Below are positions 34,944-50,066 of a DNA stretch of 64,000 bases, one piece after another. Position 1 is the first letter of the stretch; every line of letters begins with the position of its first letter. The translations under genes were made by a program, and so were the position numbers. Source of the stretch: the human T2T-CHM13v2.0 reference genome, Homo sapiens; NCBI RefSeq assembly GCF_009914755.1, contig NC_060934.1; one strand, 5' to 3'. The notes beneath the pieces were generated by a model. The model had not been told where the DNA came from. It was given only the letters and a program-made list of their open reading frames with translations, and made no database searches.

Positions 34944-35679
34944 CATGTATAAATATTATAAACTTTGCATTTTATATTGAGGATGTACATTCTCTTAAGC
35001 GGTGCCTTCGAACATTTCTCATAATCAATGGTGTATTCGGCCACAAATATATTTCTCAGTAAATGTGTAAAGTGTGCAGAACACATTCTTTAATCACAAA
35101 GGCATCATATTGAAATTAATAACAAAAGATCAATAATAAAAATTAACTACTTAGAAACATGTATTTTCCTGTATAACTTCTGGACCAAAGTAAAACTATT
35201 AACTTTATAAAATATGAGAAATTCATGACCTCATTGTTTATTATTTAGCAACAAGTCATAGATATAAGTTAACTAAAGTACCGTTCAATAAAACCTAATA
35301 AAGGAACATTAAAATATACCAAAGAGCTATAGGAGAAAGGTATAGGAGAAATAGAGAAAAAAGGAGAAAATAATAAACCAAAAGCAGTGAAGAGAAAAGT
35401 TTATTTTTGAAACAACACATAAAGCATATGAGAGGAACTCTGATTAATAATCATAGAAGAAATGCGAAGATTACGTTAGAGGAGTGGTCTCTCAAACATA
35501 TTAAACTCAGGAATGTATGAGCAAGGCCTGTGAAATGTTCTAGACACACAAACTGTGCTATCTTCCTTAGTTAAGTTGTTTTGCTTGAAGTAAAAAACCA
35601 ACCAAAAACTTCTAAGCTTAAAGAACTAAGGCACTTCATTGGTTCATTTCACTGCATCCTTTAAAGATACATCATGAAG

Positions 35680-35995
<316 letters not shown>

Positions 35996-37464
35996 AAAGA
36001 TACATCATGAAGAATTTACTGTGAAATCACACGATGCCAAGCATTAAATTTTTAAAACATGAGGGGGAATAAATGAAAAAATTGGGGAGGGACCTCCTCT
36101 TTTGGCTTTGGAGCCCTCTCTGACCCCCTGTCTCTGTACAGGGAAGCTTCTTCCTTCTGCCTTCTCTTGTCTTTCTTGCCTATTAAACTCTCTGCTCCTT
36201 AAAATCACACACACACAAAAATTGTGAAGAATATGGTCATTTTTGAAGCTGGGACCAAATGATGGATTCATTGTATTTCAGTTTACTGTATTCCCCTATT
36301 TTTGTATTCAGTTTACTTGTATTCCCCTACTTTTCCATATGTTTGAAAATTTCCATAATAAAAAAAGTTTTAAAAACCCCCACAAAACCACATGGTTAAG
36401 AACAGAGAGAGGGGTAGTTACTATCACCAGAGAAAGGGTGAATAATAGAACAGACCTCCTCTGCACAGTTAACTGTTATTAGACAGTAATAGGAAATTAC
36501 ATTTTGAATTCTTTTTCTATAGCTAGTGTATTCATACTATAAGTACTTGAAAAAGATGTAGAAAAATAAAAATGATAAATAAGTAATACTTAAGAATTTA
36601 AATCTTAAGGTTTTCAAAGAGGAATTAAAACATATAATGCCATCATAACAAAATTAAATTTTTTCTAGGATTTTAAGGATGGTGCAATATCAGAAAATCT
36701 ATTAATATAATTTATCTCATCAATAGGTCAAAGGAGAAAAAATTAGCTCTAGAGATGCTGAAGCGGCATTTGCAAAGTCAGCTTCCAATCTGCACAGAAC
36801 CTCCCAGGAAGCTGTGAACAGCAAGTTACTTTGGTAGCATAAACAGTGTGCTTCAGAATCCAATTGCCGAACATCGACTTAACAGAAAAACACTACAAGT
36901 TTTTCCAATGAAATTTGGAATAAGACATAGGATGCCTACTATCTATGTTGCTTTTTTCTTTTTTGGAAATTCTAGTCAATGTAATGAGACAAAGAAAAAG
37001 GAGGAAGGAAGAAGAAAGGAAAAACAGTTTTAAATAATAGAACAGAGATGATCATATGATTCCCTTCCTGGAAAAACTAAGAGAACCAATTGACTGGTTA
37101 TGTAATCTTGGAATGCAAGAGGAATTTCTAAGTGTATTCTCAGAGGCAGAAATGTAGAAGGTTAAGATTGCCATATGATAAATTAAGAAAAATTTAAAAC
37201 AAAATGGTCGTAAATCCACCAGACAGAAAAATGAAAGTTAAATAACAAACTAGGGAAATATATGTGTAGCACATATGCTAAAAAAGGACTAAGATTTATA
37301 TTTAAAATGTCTTTTAATATATTTAAAATATTAAAAAGTTGTCAGTATTCTTCATCTTTCATCTCCTCTCTAATTCCATGATCCCGGTCTATCTCAGAAC
37401 TCCTTACTTTTAATATATTTAAAAGATCTCTTACAAATCAAGGACACAAAACCATATACCTTTA

Positions 37465-37749
<285 letters not shown>

Positions 37750-38223
37750 TTAAGAATAGAATGTAAAAGTATAATTAACAAAGAAAGAAAATGACCTACA
37801 TGTGAATAAATATTGTACTGCTCTAGTGATCAAAGGGGTGTACCTTAAAACAGGATGTGTGTCTCACCTCCTATTGAACTAGTAAATACTTACAGCTATT
37901 TTTGATGAATTGTTACATATTTTTAAGATAATTTGTCAACATGTCTCAAAAGTCTTAAAAGAAATATTCACTCTTTGATCCAGTACGTATGCTACTATAA
38001 ATTTGTCCTAAGGAAATTATCAATTAAGTATGCAGATGTATGTGTAAAGATTGTTAATTAAAGCAAAACATGCACAAAACAGGGATTAGTTAAATAAGTT
38101 ATGGGGCATTTTTCAATGCAAAATTATGCAGTAATTGATGTAGAAGAGGTAAATCTATATTTATTAATATGAAAAAGGTTCTTATGATATTACTGAATGA
38201 GAAAAGACAGGTTACCAAACATC

Positions 38224-38262
<39 letters not shown>
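38224..38262. repeat. (TG)n microsatellite
   Basis: Visible directly, one interruption. Confidence 0.95.
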
Positions 38263-38263
<1 letters not shown>

Positions 38264-39799
38264 GTTGCAAAAAAAAAAAAAACATGCTAACCTGAATAGT
38301 CAAAACAAAGAAAAAAAGGAATTTATTTTAACAAAACAAAGAGATCTCAAGGATCCCAAGGCTACTTCTTATGAGAAATGTCCCAAGAAAAGTCTCACCC
38401 ACGTATTAAAAAGTTGTCAGTATTCTTCATCTTTCATTTCTCTCTCTGTTTAATTCCATGATCCATGTGGTGGGTTATGTCTATCCCAGAACTCCCAACT
38501 TTATGTATTACAGTCCAGCTATATCTAGACACTGCTTGGCATTCTGTAAATTCCAGCTTCAAATTCCTAGAGAGACTTGGACCAAGAATATACACATATA
38601 TGATGTCTATCCTTAGTGTATGAAATATGGCCAAGGAAATAGATTATGTCATTTCAAGTGTTGCTGCCAGGAATAGGTTTGGGGATTTGATGCTGTTACT
38701 GGAAAAAAAGGGAATGCGTAGAGCTGGGCACAAATCCAACAGGTGTCATGAAAATATGGAAATATATTCATTTCAGTTGAATCACCTATGGGTCTTCATT
38801 CAATAATTAGAAGTATGACATCTTCCCAAAATTTGAAAAGCAATTTAAATGTAAATGGCATACATTTCTTAAACTTTCTTCTGTTCTCTCATTCTCTGTC
38901 TGCCTCTCTCTCTGTCACCTCTACTCAAAGCATTACTGGGTCTTTCCAGATCACCTAAAGTGTCACACCACAGTCTTTACTGGACTGGTCTTTTCTCTTT
39001 TCCTTCCACATTCCAGATCTATTTTGTTATGCTATGTTCTTTTCTCTGTAGCTTATTCAAGCCAACCTTGCTTCCTCTTGTATCTCCCCATCCCCTACAA
39101 CCTCATTCTGGACAGTAAACAACCAAGGCACTCTGCTGTCAGCCATGGGATTCCCAGCCAGCACAGAACTGACGATGCTGTTTTTTTTTCCTTATCACAT
39201 ATAATTCACTTACATGTATGGAAAAAAGGCTGAAAGATATAAAGTCTTAATATCATTTATTACCAGAAGGTGAAATTATGGATGATTTTTAAAGGTATTA
39301 TATTTTCTCATTTTTTATTAGTTGTAAATAAAGAAGTAAAGATGCATGATATGGAAAATAAACATATAGTTACTTTTCTTGTGCCAAAGATTCTCATTGA
39401 TATTGCTAACCTATTTTTATCTTAGCACTTTTATCCCAAGCATATTAAAGCCTCCAAGTCAAATACTTCATTTTCTATAATGCCCTAGCAAAACACTTTA
39501 CGTATAGTACTAATACCTTTTTCAAATGAACAACTAAATACACAAAGTAAAATTAATTTTGTAGTTTTAACAACAATCAAAACAGAAAAATCTATAAAAT
39601 CATGTAACCAAGGCTAATATTTTTTCAAATCACAAAAAGACCTAGTGTAGCCATTATACCAAATTGCCTCCTACCAAGAAGTAACTGCATCATTTTGCAA
39701 CATGTTGACAAAAATTAATATCCTTTGCTCAGCAGGAGTTGAATAAATATTTAACAAAATTCATTAAGTTATTATATAATGATCTATTCTATACTTTGC

Positions 39800-40270
39800 A
39801 CTACATATGTACACTATGTATATATGCACACTATAATAGTATACACTGATATACTATATGTAGTGTATTTGTATATATAGTTAGTATATGTATATAGTAT
39901 ATGTGTATACTCTTTATAGTATATATGTATATACTGTAGTACTGTACATACTATAGTACATGTATATTATATATACACATATGTGTATACTACAGAGATA
40001 GTATATACGATACATATATACTATATATATGTGTATGTATACTACATATAGTGTATATAGATAGTATACATATATGTGTATATTCTATATTATATATGGC
40101 ATATGTATATATATGTATGCTATAGTATATAGTGCTATATGTGTATATGTGTACAGTACACTATGTATGTGTACTATATATAATACATATACATATACGG
40201 TACACATACACATATAGTACATATACATACATAGTATATATGTACTATAGTATGTACAGTACTATAGTGA
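39800..40270. repeat. Degenerate (TA/CA/TG)n AT-rich repeat
   Basis: About 470 bp of TATAC/TAGTA/TATGTG units. Confidence 0.9.
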
Positions 40271-40430
40271 TGTAATGTCCTGAGCTAGAAGGTATCTACT
40301 TACAGTGGAGTTTTGTTGTTACTTATTGCTAAGAGCCAACTTTCTTATTTTGTTTTAGCCTTTACTTTCAATCAACTTAATCTTGTGAGAAACCCTGCAG
40401 GACTTGAGACTTGAGAATTTCCCACTGTGG

Positions 40431-41132
40431 GAACATATACACCATGGAATACCATGCAGCCAGAAAAACAATAAAATCATGTCCTTTGCAGCACCATGGA
40501 TGCAGCATTATCCTAAGTGAATTAATGCAGGAGTGGAAAACCTAGTAACACATATTTTCACTTATAAGTGGGAGCCAGACATTGAGTACATATGAACATA
40601 AAAATGGGAATAATAGACACTGGGGACTATAAGAGTGGGGAGAGGGAGAAGCAAGGTTTGAAAAACTACCTGGCTGGGGGCAGTGGCTCATGCCTGTATT
40701 CCCAGTACTTCGGGAGGCCGAGGTGGGCGGATCACTTGAGGTCAGGAGTTCGAGACCAACCTGGCCAACATAGTGAAATCCCTTCTCCACTAAAAATACA
40801 AAAATTAGTTGGGCATGGTGGCGGGTGCCTGTATTCCTAGCTACTCCGGAGGCTAAGGCAGGAGAATTGCTTGAACTCAGGAGGCGGAGGTTGTAGTGAG
40901 CTGAGACCGCATCACTGCACCCAAGCCTGGGCAACAGAGTGAGACTCTGTCTCAAAAAAAAAAAAAAAAAAAGGAAAGAAAGGAAACCTATCTATTAGGT
41001 ATTCAGTACTATGCTTACTTCCTGGGTGATGGGATAATTCATACCTCAAACCTCAGCATCACACAATATATGCCCATGTAACAAATTTGCACATGTACCC
41101 CCTGAATCTAAACTAAAAGTTGAAAAAAAAAA
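40431..41132 (+). mobile_element. Old primate L1 3' end (L1PA15/16-like) with nested AluS (40671-40972)
   Basis: ORF2 tail, 3'UTR and poly(A); TSD AGAATT(T/A)CCCACTGTGG at 40414 and 41133. Confidence 0.85.
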
Positions 41133-42564
41133 AGAATTACCCACTGTGGTATTTGCATGTCATTGTCCCTGGCAGCTGTCCTTCCCCACCTTGCCTTCAC
41201 TTGAATTTATCCAATGACTATTTCTCTTCACTTCTCTTGATGAAACCAAGCTGCCCAAGTAATGACTGCTAAGATGCAAGAATAATTTGTGCTTGCTGAC
41301 TTTGGTGATGCTCTTTTGCCAGAATCTTATGAAACATTCCACTCTCCTCTCCAAGAAGGAGCACTTCTTGGGAAACTTCTCCTACCAGACATTGATGAAT
41401 AGAGGATTAGGTTGATAGTGCTGTGGTAGATTTTTCTTCCAAAATATGAATAATGATTAATAATATTAGGGGAATAAAGTTAAAACAGAACATTGTTACA
41501 AAGTTTGTCAATGCAGCAAGGATGCTGATTTCAGGGGGTGAGTGTTAGAATAGTAGAGTATGGTTCAGTGTGGCAATTATATTGTTATTTTCAATATGTC
41601 TATACCTCATGCAAAATGTAAGGCTACATACTTACCAGCAAAAAATCACTCACAACCTATCTCCCACAGCTGTTGGTAGCAACCATGGCACCTATCTACC
41701 AATCAGCAGAACTCCGGTCAAAAGACAGGTGTTCTAGTCTGCCCCGAACGTTCATGCATTTGGACCCTGTTAATAGACTAAATGAATTGAATATTATTTT
41801 CAAAGCCTATTATTTAATTTTCCAAAGGTACAGAAAGCATCTATTTGTTAATTATCCAAAATATCCATATCTTAAGTGATATTGAAATGAAGACTTAAGT
41901 ATCCTTATATATATTGAGAAAAATGATCTAATTACTGTGTTTTTGTAAGATAAGGAGAGGCTGACTTTTCCACCTGTGAAATTTCACAAGGCTCTTTTCC
42001 TATAGAATTTTGCCTGCCCTGCTTTATAGATGCCAACCGACTGGGAATTATTCTTGAAATTGTACAAGACATCCCTTAAATTATAGAAAATTTATTGTCT
42101 ACTATTATATCAGAGAATAACATATTCTTAGTACTATTCAATGGAATTTAGGTTTTTAGGAAATTTTGCTAACCCTGAGAATGGCAAAATAATAGATTCT
42201 TCTGTAACTCTACAAGGCCACAGGAATAGGTGCTGTGACTATGAACTCACATCATACAACTGGACTCTTCATTGAGTCAGAGTTATAGAAAATGAAAGGT
42301 AATTAACTGAAATATTTCAATTTGTCTAATATTTTCTTAACGTTTCTGCTTTGAGGGCTACAGAAGAAATGGAAAGTCTTTGTCTCGGAGGATTTGTAGT
42401 TCATAAAGGGATGTGTTGGGGGAGTTAGAATATGGTGAACTGTGTTGTTTTGATAATGGTGATTAAAAGGACAATTGAATAAATAACTTGAATATGAAGA
42501 AGAATGGGCTAAAGGCTCTAAATACGGTTGATTCCTTACAGGAAGAAGTTATAACATCCGGTTG

Positions 42565-42982
42565 TGTTGCAGGACAGGTGAGCCCCCAAAATGGGGCTTA
42601 GCTCAAGTTTTTGGCCTTGCTCAGGAAGGAATTCAAGAGTGAGCCGGTGGTAGAAGAAAACAGCTTTATTGAGGCATCAGCGGTGTTCCAGTTCCGTGAC
42701 TGCCCCTGTGGAGCAGGGCTGCCCCATAGGCAACGTGCAGAGAGTAGCAGCTTAGGGGCAGTTTGGCAGTCATGTTAATACCCACTTCATGCTAATGAAA
42801 AGGTGTGTTGTTCAGGAAATAGCTAGAAAATAGGCAGTAACTTTTGGGTGTTGCCATGGTGATGGTAAACTGTCATGGCGCTGGTAGGTGTGTCTTATGG
42901 AAAGGTGTTTTTTGTGCCTCTTCCAGGTTTTGGCCAGTCTTCAATCTGTTCCAGAGTCAAGCCCCACCTACCTTCTACCTCA
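42565..42982 (-). mobile_element. MER66-like ERV1 solo LTR
   Basis: Ends TGTTGCAGGACAGGTGAGCCCC and CTACCTCA match the recalled consensus; 4-bp flanks GTTG / GCTG. Confidence 0.7.
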
Positions 42983-44712
42983 GCTGGGAAGATCAGTAAA
43001 GCTTCCATGGTTGCAATGCATGGGTGGGGGGTTGATATTTGAAGGTTTCCCAGGATATAAACTCCCCACACCCTATGGTTAAAATAGAATTTGACAAGGC
43101 GCTTCATTCGACATTGTATTTCCCATGCAGAGTATCCTGCCTGAACATGGTAGGTGTTAAGAAGCATTTTTTTTAATTGAATAAAAATTCTTTTTGAGGA
43201 ATTTAGATATTTCAGAAGTTAATTTATAGAAGCCCTAAAACTTCCCATTACCTTATCGTGGTATGGATTTTTAAAATATTTAGGGGAGATGACATTATGT
43301 TCCTTTAAATATTACTATTTTGATTTTTGAGCCTTCCTGTTTAAAAATGTTGACCTGTCTTCTTGGTAGTCAGGAATCTTGAAAGCTCAGGCTTCTCCAT
43401 TTCATTACCTCATAGATTTTGCCAGAAAATGCTACTCTACGAGGAAAGTAGCAGAGCTGAAACTTCAAATAGAATCTCATGAGTCATACACATGTCTGCT
43501 AACAGGAGGGAGAACAGGATGGACTCATGAGTAGGGACAGTCATGCAAAGGGAGTTACTTGATTTTTTTTCTTCTCCTCTTAATCAGGAAATAGTCGTTC
43601 CTGCTCCGCATTTATTATTTTTTTAAACAATATATTCCTCTGACAAGAAGTTAATGATGAGTCACTTCTAGGAGGCAGAAATTTGATTTTCTAAATACTT
43701 AGTTCTTTGTAGTTAGCAGAGATCCAACAGTGACATTTAAAAATTATTCTGTTTCTGTAACTTGGACACTCTTTAAACTAAGAGGACTATGTATGTGGAA
43801 TGGTGTACACCTACGTGATAATTCATGTCAACCATGCACTTACTACAAAATCTCAAATGCTTCCCTACATAAATCAGTTCTGAGACCCAAGAAGCCAACT
43901 CATTAAAATTTACTTGAGATTCCTGTAACCTTTTCTCAGGAAGCAACAGCAGGTAAAAAATGTGCAGCTTTTTAAAAAACAAATGTGTGCAAAACTTCAA
44001 TTCTAGTCTATAAAAAAATCTTTTTTTTTGTGGGTAGTTGAAAAGCCTGGCAGAGGGTGGGTGGGAAAGTCATGAAAGTTTGGAAGGATGACATAGTAGA
44101 TTATGGTGAATTAGAAATTTGTCACAGAATATCGATGGAAGAGATGCCGGGTTGAGTCAGATTTTCTCAGTGCCGAGATGATGGTTGAGTTAACAAATTA
44201 GGTTCCTTTGAAAATTGCACTAATATTTTTGGCCACTAGGTCGTTAGAATTTGCTTCTCCCCAAACAGTAAGGATAATAGTGAGTCAGTCTGCATATGCT
44301 GAAGCTGGTATTATACTATTTATTGCTAGTGACATTGTCAATGTCTGGATGGCTGCTGTTTGCAGGAATCTCATGCCATTCCCTTGCTTGATAACTACCA
44401 AGGGCTCTGTATCAACTACAGAATACAACCAAATCCCTTAGCATGATGTGCAAGGCCCTCTACCATCTGATATGCTGCTTAGATTTTAGTATCTCGTGCT
44501 AGTACCCATCTGGGTCCCATGTCAAGTTTCAGACACATCTCTTATATCTTCAAGAGTTCTCCATTCTTGCACTCACCACAGTAAAGACATATTTATAAGT
44601 CAATCTCCTTGGGGGCAGGGACTATGGTTTATTAATCTTTGTAGTAATCGCATCTGGTACATGGAGTGCTATAGATGTTTGTTAAATTAATAAGTATATG
44701 TTCTATCTTCTT

Positions 44713-45033
<321 letters not shown>

Positions 45034-45074
45034 TAATATATAGCATAACTACCAACTAAGTAACACACTTGGCA

Positions 45075-45677
45075 TGCAGTAGGCAGAATTCTAGAGAAGA
45101 CCCCAATAGTCCTTACCTTTGTGTAATTCTATTCCATTTGAGTGCCGTGGAAAATATGCATATGATGAGATACCACTCCCATGATTATAAATTCTATTAT
45201 ATTATACGGCAAAAAGGGAGAAAATCTAATTACATGAACCCCTTTAAAAGCCAAGTTTTAATGGACTGGTGAAACGAATCAGGGATCCAAAGCTTGGAAA
45301 GGGATTTGATGCATCTTTGCTGGTTTCAAAGATGGATGGGACCACTCCCAGCTCCTAGAGGCCAAGGAATGCAGGTGGCCTCTAGGAGCTGAGAGTGGCT
45401 TCCAGCTGATAGCCAGCAAGGAAACGGGGACCTCCACTTCTGCCAACAATCTGGATGAGTTTAGACGTGGATTCTTCCATATACTCCAAATAATAGACCA
45501 ACCGGCTGATACCGTGGTTTCGGTACTGGGAGACCCTATGAAAAGAATCCAGCCATGAATGAGTCAGGTCATCCTAGAGTTCTTACTTACCTACCTGGCT
45601 GTGATATAACAAATTAATATTGCTTAAAGCCACAACGTTTGTAGCAATTTGCTTTGTAGCAATGAACAACTGGTATA
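45075..45677 (+). mobile_element. MLT1E-like MaLR LTR
   Basis: AGGCAGAATTCTA start; GGAATGCAGGTGGCCTCTAGGAGCTGAGAG and CAGCAAGGAAACGGGGACCTC motifs. Confidence 0.7.
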
Positions 45678-46499
45678 CCTAGTGTGCAACTTCATCAGAT
45701 AAATTGTGTGTGTGTGATGTGTGTGTGTGTATATATATATTCTGCTGTTTTTGTTTCATTAATAGATAATAGGTGCTCTCAAATCAAATTGATGCTTGCT
45801 AATTAAATCAGAGTACTTAGTCTAAGGTGGTTTGTTCATTTCAAACAATGTAGCGAACTGTTATTGGGTATCTGCCATGTCTCATGTACTATGCTGTGTC
45901 CTGGCTGAAATTCAATCCTGAATATAATATACACAAAATAGCTTGATGTTCTGGATCACAATGGCTGAGACATAATTGCAGACACAAACCTTATGTCAAA
46001 GAAGTGAATATAATAGTCTTAGAGTTTGAATATTTAGGGGTTTTCTGCTATAACAAGTAAATTTACTTTCTAATAAATATTCCAATTTTATGTTTGGTTC
46101 TTTGTCAAATATACCTGACATTTTTGGATAATATCCTTTTTCTCTTATGTATTTTTAGGTACTTTGCCCCAGAAGAATGTTTGCTAACTTGTATTTAGCT
46201 TTTCTAGTGCTTTAGTGTTGGTGTCGTCAGGTTAATTTGTCAGTCATATGGCTAGAAATTAAATTCTTTAGGTTGTTTGGAATTGCTAAAGTAACTATAT
46301 GGTATGTAAGGCATTCTTCTATTGAAGTAATACATATACCTTAAAGAATTGTACTTTTGCAGCCTGAAAACATAAACAAATTCAAAATGCTGATGTAAAA
46401 CCTCCTTAATGCCCTTAAACCAGAGATGGTAGACAGCAGTATAATGATGATTGTCCATGATTATGGTCAATTTTTCAAGTATTTATCCAGAGTTTTACA

Positions 46500-47288
46500 T
46501 ATGAAACAAAAGCTCAACATCTCTGATCATTAGAGAAATGCAAATCAAACCACAGTGAAATACCATCTCATGCCAGTCAGAATTCCTATTATTAAAAAGT
46601 CAAAACTAACAGATGCGGGTGAGGTTGTAGAGAAAAAGGAACACTTTTACACTGTTGGTGGGAGTGCAAATTAGTTCAACCATTATGGAAGACAGTGTGA
46701 CAATTCCTCAAAGACCTGGAGGTAGAAATATCATTTGACCCAGGAATCCCATTACTGGGTATATAATACCCTAAGCAATATAAATCATTCTATTATGAAG
46801 ATACATGCCCATGCATGTTCACTGCGGCACTATTCACAATAGCAAAGACATGGAATCAACCTAAATACCCATCAATGATAGACTGGATAAAGAAAATATG
46901 GTACATATACATCATGGAATACTATGCAGCCATAAAAAGGAATGAGATCATGTCCTTTGCAGGGACATGGATGGAGCTAGAAGCCATTATCCTCAGCAAA
47001 CTAATGTAGGGATAGAAAAACAAACACCACATATTCTCACTGATAAGTGGGAGTTGAACCATGAGAACACATGGACATATGGCAGGGAACAACACACACT
47101 GGGGCCTGCTGCAGTGTGGAGGGGGGAAGAGCATTAGGAAGAATAGCTAATGGATGCTGGACTTAATACCTAGGTGATGGGATAATCTATGCAGCAAACC
47201 ACCATGGCACATGTTTACCTTTGTAACAAACCTGCACATCATGCACATGTAACCCCAAACTCAAAAGGTGAAGAAAAAAAGAAGAAAA
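46500..47288 (+). mobile_element. 5'-truncated L1PA (older) 3' end
   Basis: ORF2 C-terminal remnant ([17 protein letters not shown]), 3'UTR, A tail. Confidence 0.9.
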
Positions 47289-48916
47289 ACAGTTTTAGTG
47301 TATGCTGAATTATGACAGATCCCATTGCACATACAGAAGACTAAAATAAAGTATCTGAACATGGTAGCTGAGGAGCCAAGCACTACTTTAATATATACAG
47401 AGCTGGCCACAGAGTAGGCTAGCCAGGCAACTGCTGTGTCTCAGTCTGGAGGGCATGCCAAATATCAGTAGAAAAATAACAAGACCGAGAAGATCCTATA
47501 AACAAATCATTTCTGAGAGTATGCACTATGTGTGTCTGGAATGAATGTTTTCAAGTAGCTTCTTGAGGGTGAGGAAGAGGGTGGTGAGACCCTTAGAGAT
47601 ACGCCATACTGTAGGGCTTGTGTTTTAGGGAGTGAAGTAGGAAGGTCTTCGAAACAGTAGGGTAGTGACTGTGCTCTGTGGTCCCTGCCCTATGTGCTTC
47701 CTCATACCCCATGAATCTCTTCTGGATTAACATGTAACTAACATGAATTAGAAAGGTACCAAATTATTAACCTTCCAGGGGGTCCTACACATGTATTGGC
47801 TCAGAAATTGACAAGAAAACAGTAAATACAACATGACATAGAGGAGCAAGTCTAAAACATAATGAATATGAAGGATTTAGAGAGTTAAGACATGGTAGGT
47901 GGTAGCTGCACAGTACAGTAGATGTGGAGACTTGAGGTAGACCCTGAAAAGAGAGGAGAAGTTACATTTTCCTGTAGGGGTGATTTTTTTTTTTCAGGGA
48001 GACCCATGGCAGAGCGGGGAACAATGAGGAGGAACCCTCGCTGGAATCCAGGCTTTGGACAGGAATGTGAGCAGGTGAGTCAAGACCAGCTGGCGGAGAG
48101 ATTAAATTCCTGCCAGAGAGAGATTTCAGAGTTGATCTAACAGACAATAGGGAGTGATTTGCTTTTGTTAAACAGGTGGTGCTGATTAATTGAGGGTACC
48201 CAGGAGTCAATCAGCAAGTTAGCAGCTGAAGAAGTTTAGTGTACTGAAGAGTATTTCCTTTGGAGAAATGCTCCCAAAGTGGTCCAATAAGAACCACTCG
48301 GGGCCAATTGTTTCAACTGAAGATTGCTAAGCCGCTCTTGCAGTGCTCATTTCCATGGGTTTGGGATGAAAGCAGTATTTCTACAGGCTCACAGAGTAAG
48401 TCTTATTTACACATAGTTCTTTTATAGGTAGTTAGAAAATGTATTTTATAACAGACTTAGTGTTTGCCATCTGGGGACTTTTGGTCAGATTAGACAGAAA
48501 AGAACCCTAATCTTGGTGAGGAAAGCAAGAACTTGAGTGAGCTTCATTTGAACAATCTAACATTTTCCATTTAATGGCTTTAAAGGAATCCCCCAACTTT
48601 TGGAGTGTTTTGTATTATTAATTCGTTTCTGAATTGCAGTATTTATAAAAAGACTTGTGCAGCTTAAAATAAGACATTCCACAAAACTGCCAATATTACT
48701 AAATGGTTTCTAATGAAATATCCAGTCTGTCCAACCACTGTATTTTGGTATCAACGGAGGATTTTTCTCCTTTTGACCAGTAGAGGGGGCTATAACTCTT
48801 GATATAAATAGCTGTTTTTCCTAGACAGAAATTACATCACCGAGCCGTACTGTTGAACTATTGTACCCTTGAATTTACAATTAATATACTAGAACTATAA
48901 TGTGGTGCATATTTTT

Positions 48917-49092
<176 letters not shown>

Positions 49093-49370
49093 TAGACTTA
49101 CCTACATTATTTATGGTACCGCTTGTTTTATATCTCCCAGTATAAACTTCTTTGCCAGCCCAAATGGACCACAATTATGAGGATAAATGTGGCTCTTTTC
49201 TTGAGTCCAACATTACTTCTGCCTTCCCCCTTTTCTGGAACTCCAGTGGTTACCATTTGTCTGAATATAACTTGCTTGCTTGAAACCCAGTTCAGAAACA
49301 ACTCTTTAATAAATCCTTCTCTTATCGTCCACTTCTCAATTTGCATAGCATGATTAAACTACTATTTTAT

Positions 49371-49674
<304 letters not shown>

Positions 49675-49769
49675 TTAAGCTCCTATTTTCTAGTGCTTAA
49701 TACAACTGTTTATTTTATCTTTATTAAATACATCATGATTTTTATTATTCTTCTATTAGATCATAACTA

Positions 49770-50066
49770 AATTTCCAGAAAAAATATGAAATGCCCTGTT
49801 AAGTTTGAATTTCAGATGAACTAAATTTTTTTTGCTGTTGTTGTTTGTTTGTTTGAGACAGTCTTGCTCTGTTGCCCAGACTGGAGTGCAGTGGCACAAT
49901 CTTGGCTCCTTGCAAGCTCCACCTCCCGGGTTCATGCCACTAAATGTTTTTTAGTATAACTAAATCCCATAAAATATTTGAAACATGCTGACACTAAAAA
50001 GAATTTATCTAGAATTCACATTAACCAAAAATTTAATATTTTTATTTGCTAAACCTGGCAACCTTA
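49770..50066. mobile_element. MER53 palindromic hAT MITE interrupted by a truncated AluY-like fragment (49840-49940)
   Basis: GTTAAGTTTGAATTTCAGATGAAC on the left; TTTTTATTTGCTAAACCTGGCAACCTTA terminus on the right; the Alu piece is flanked by ACTAAAT. Confidence 0.7.
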
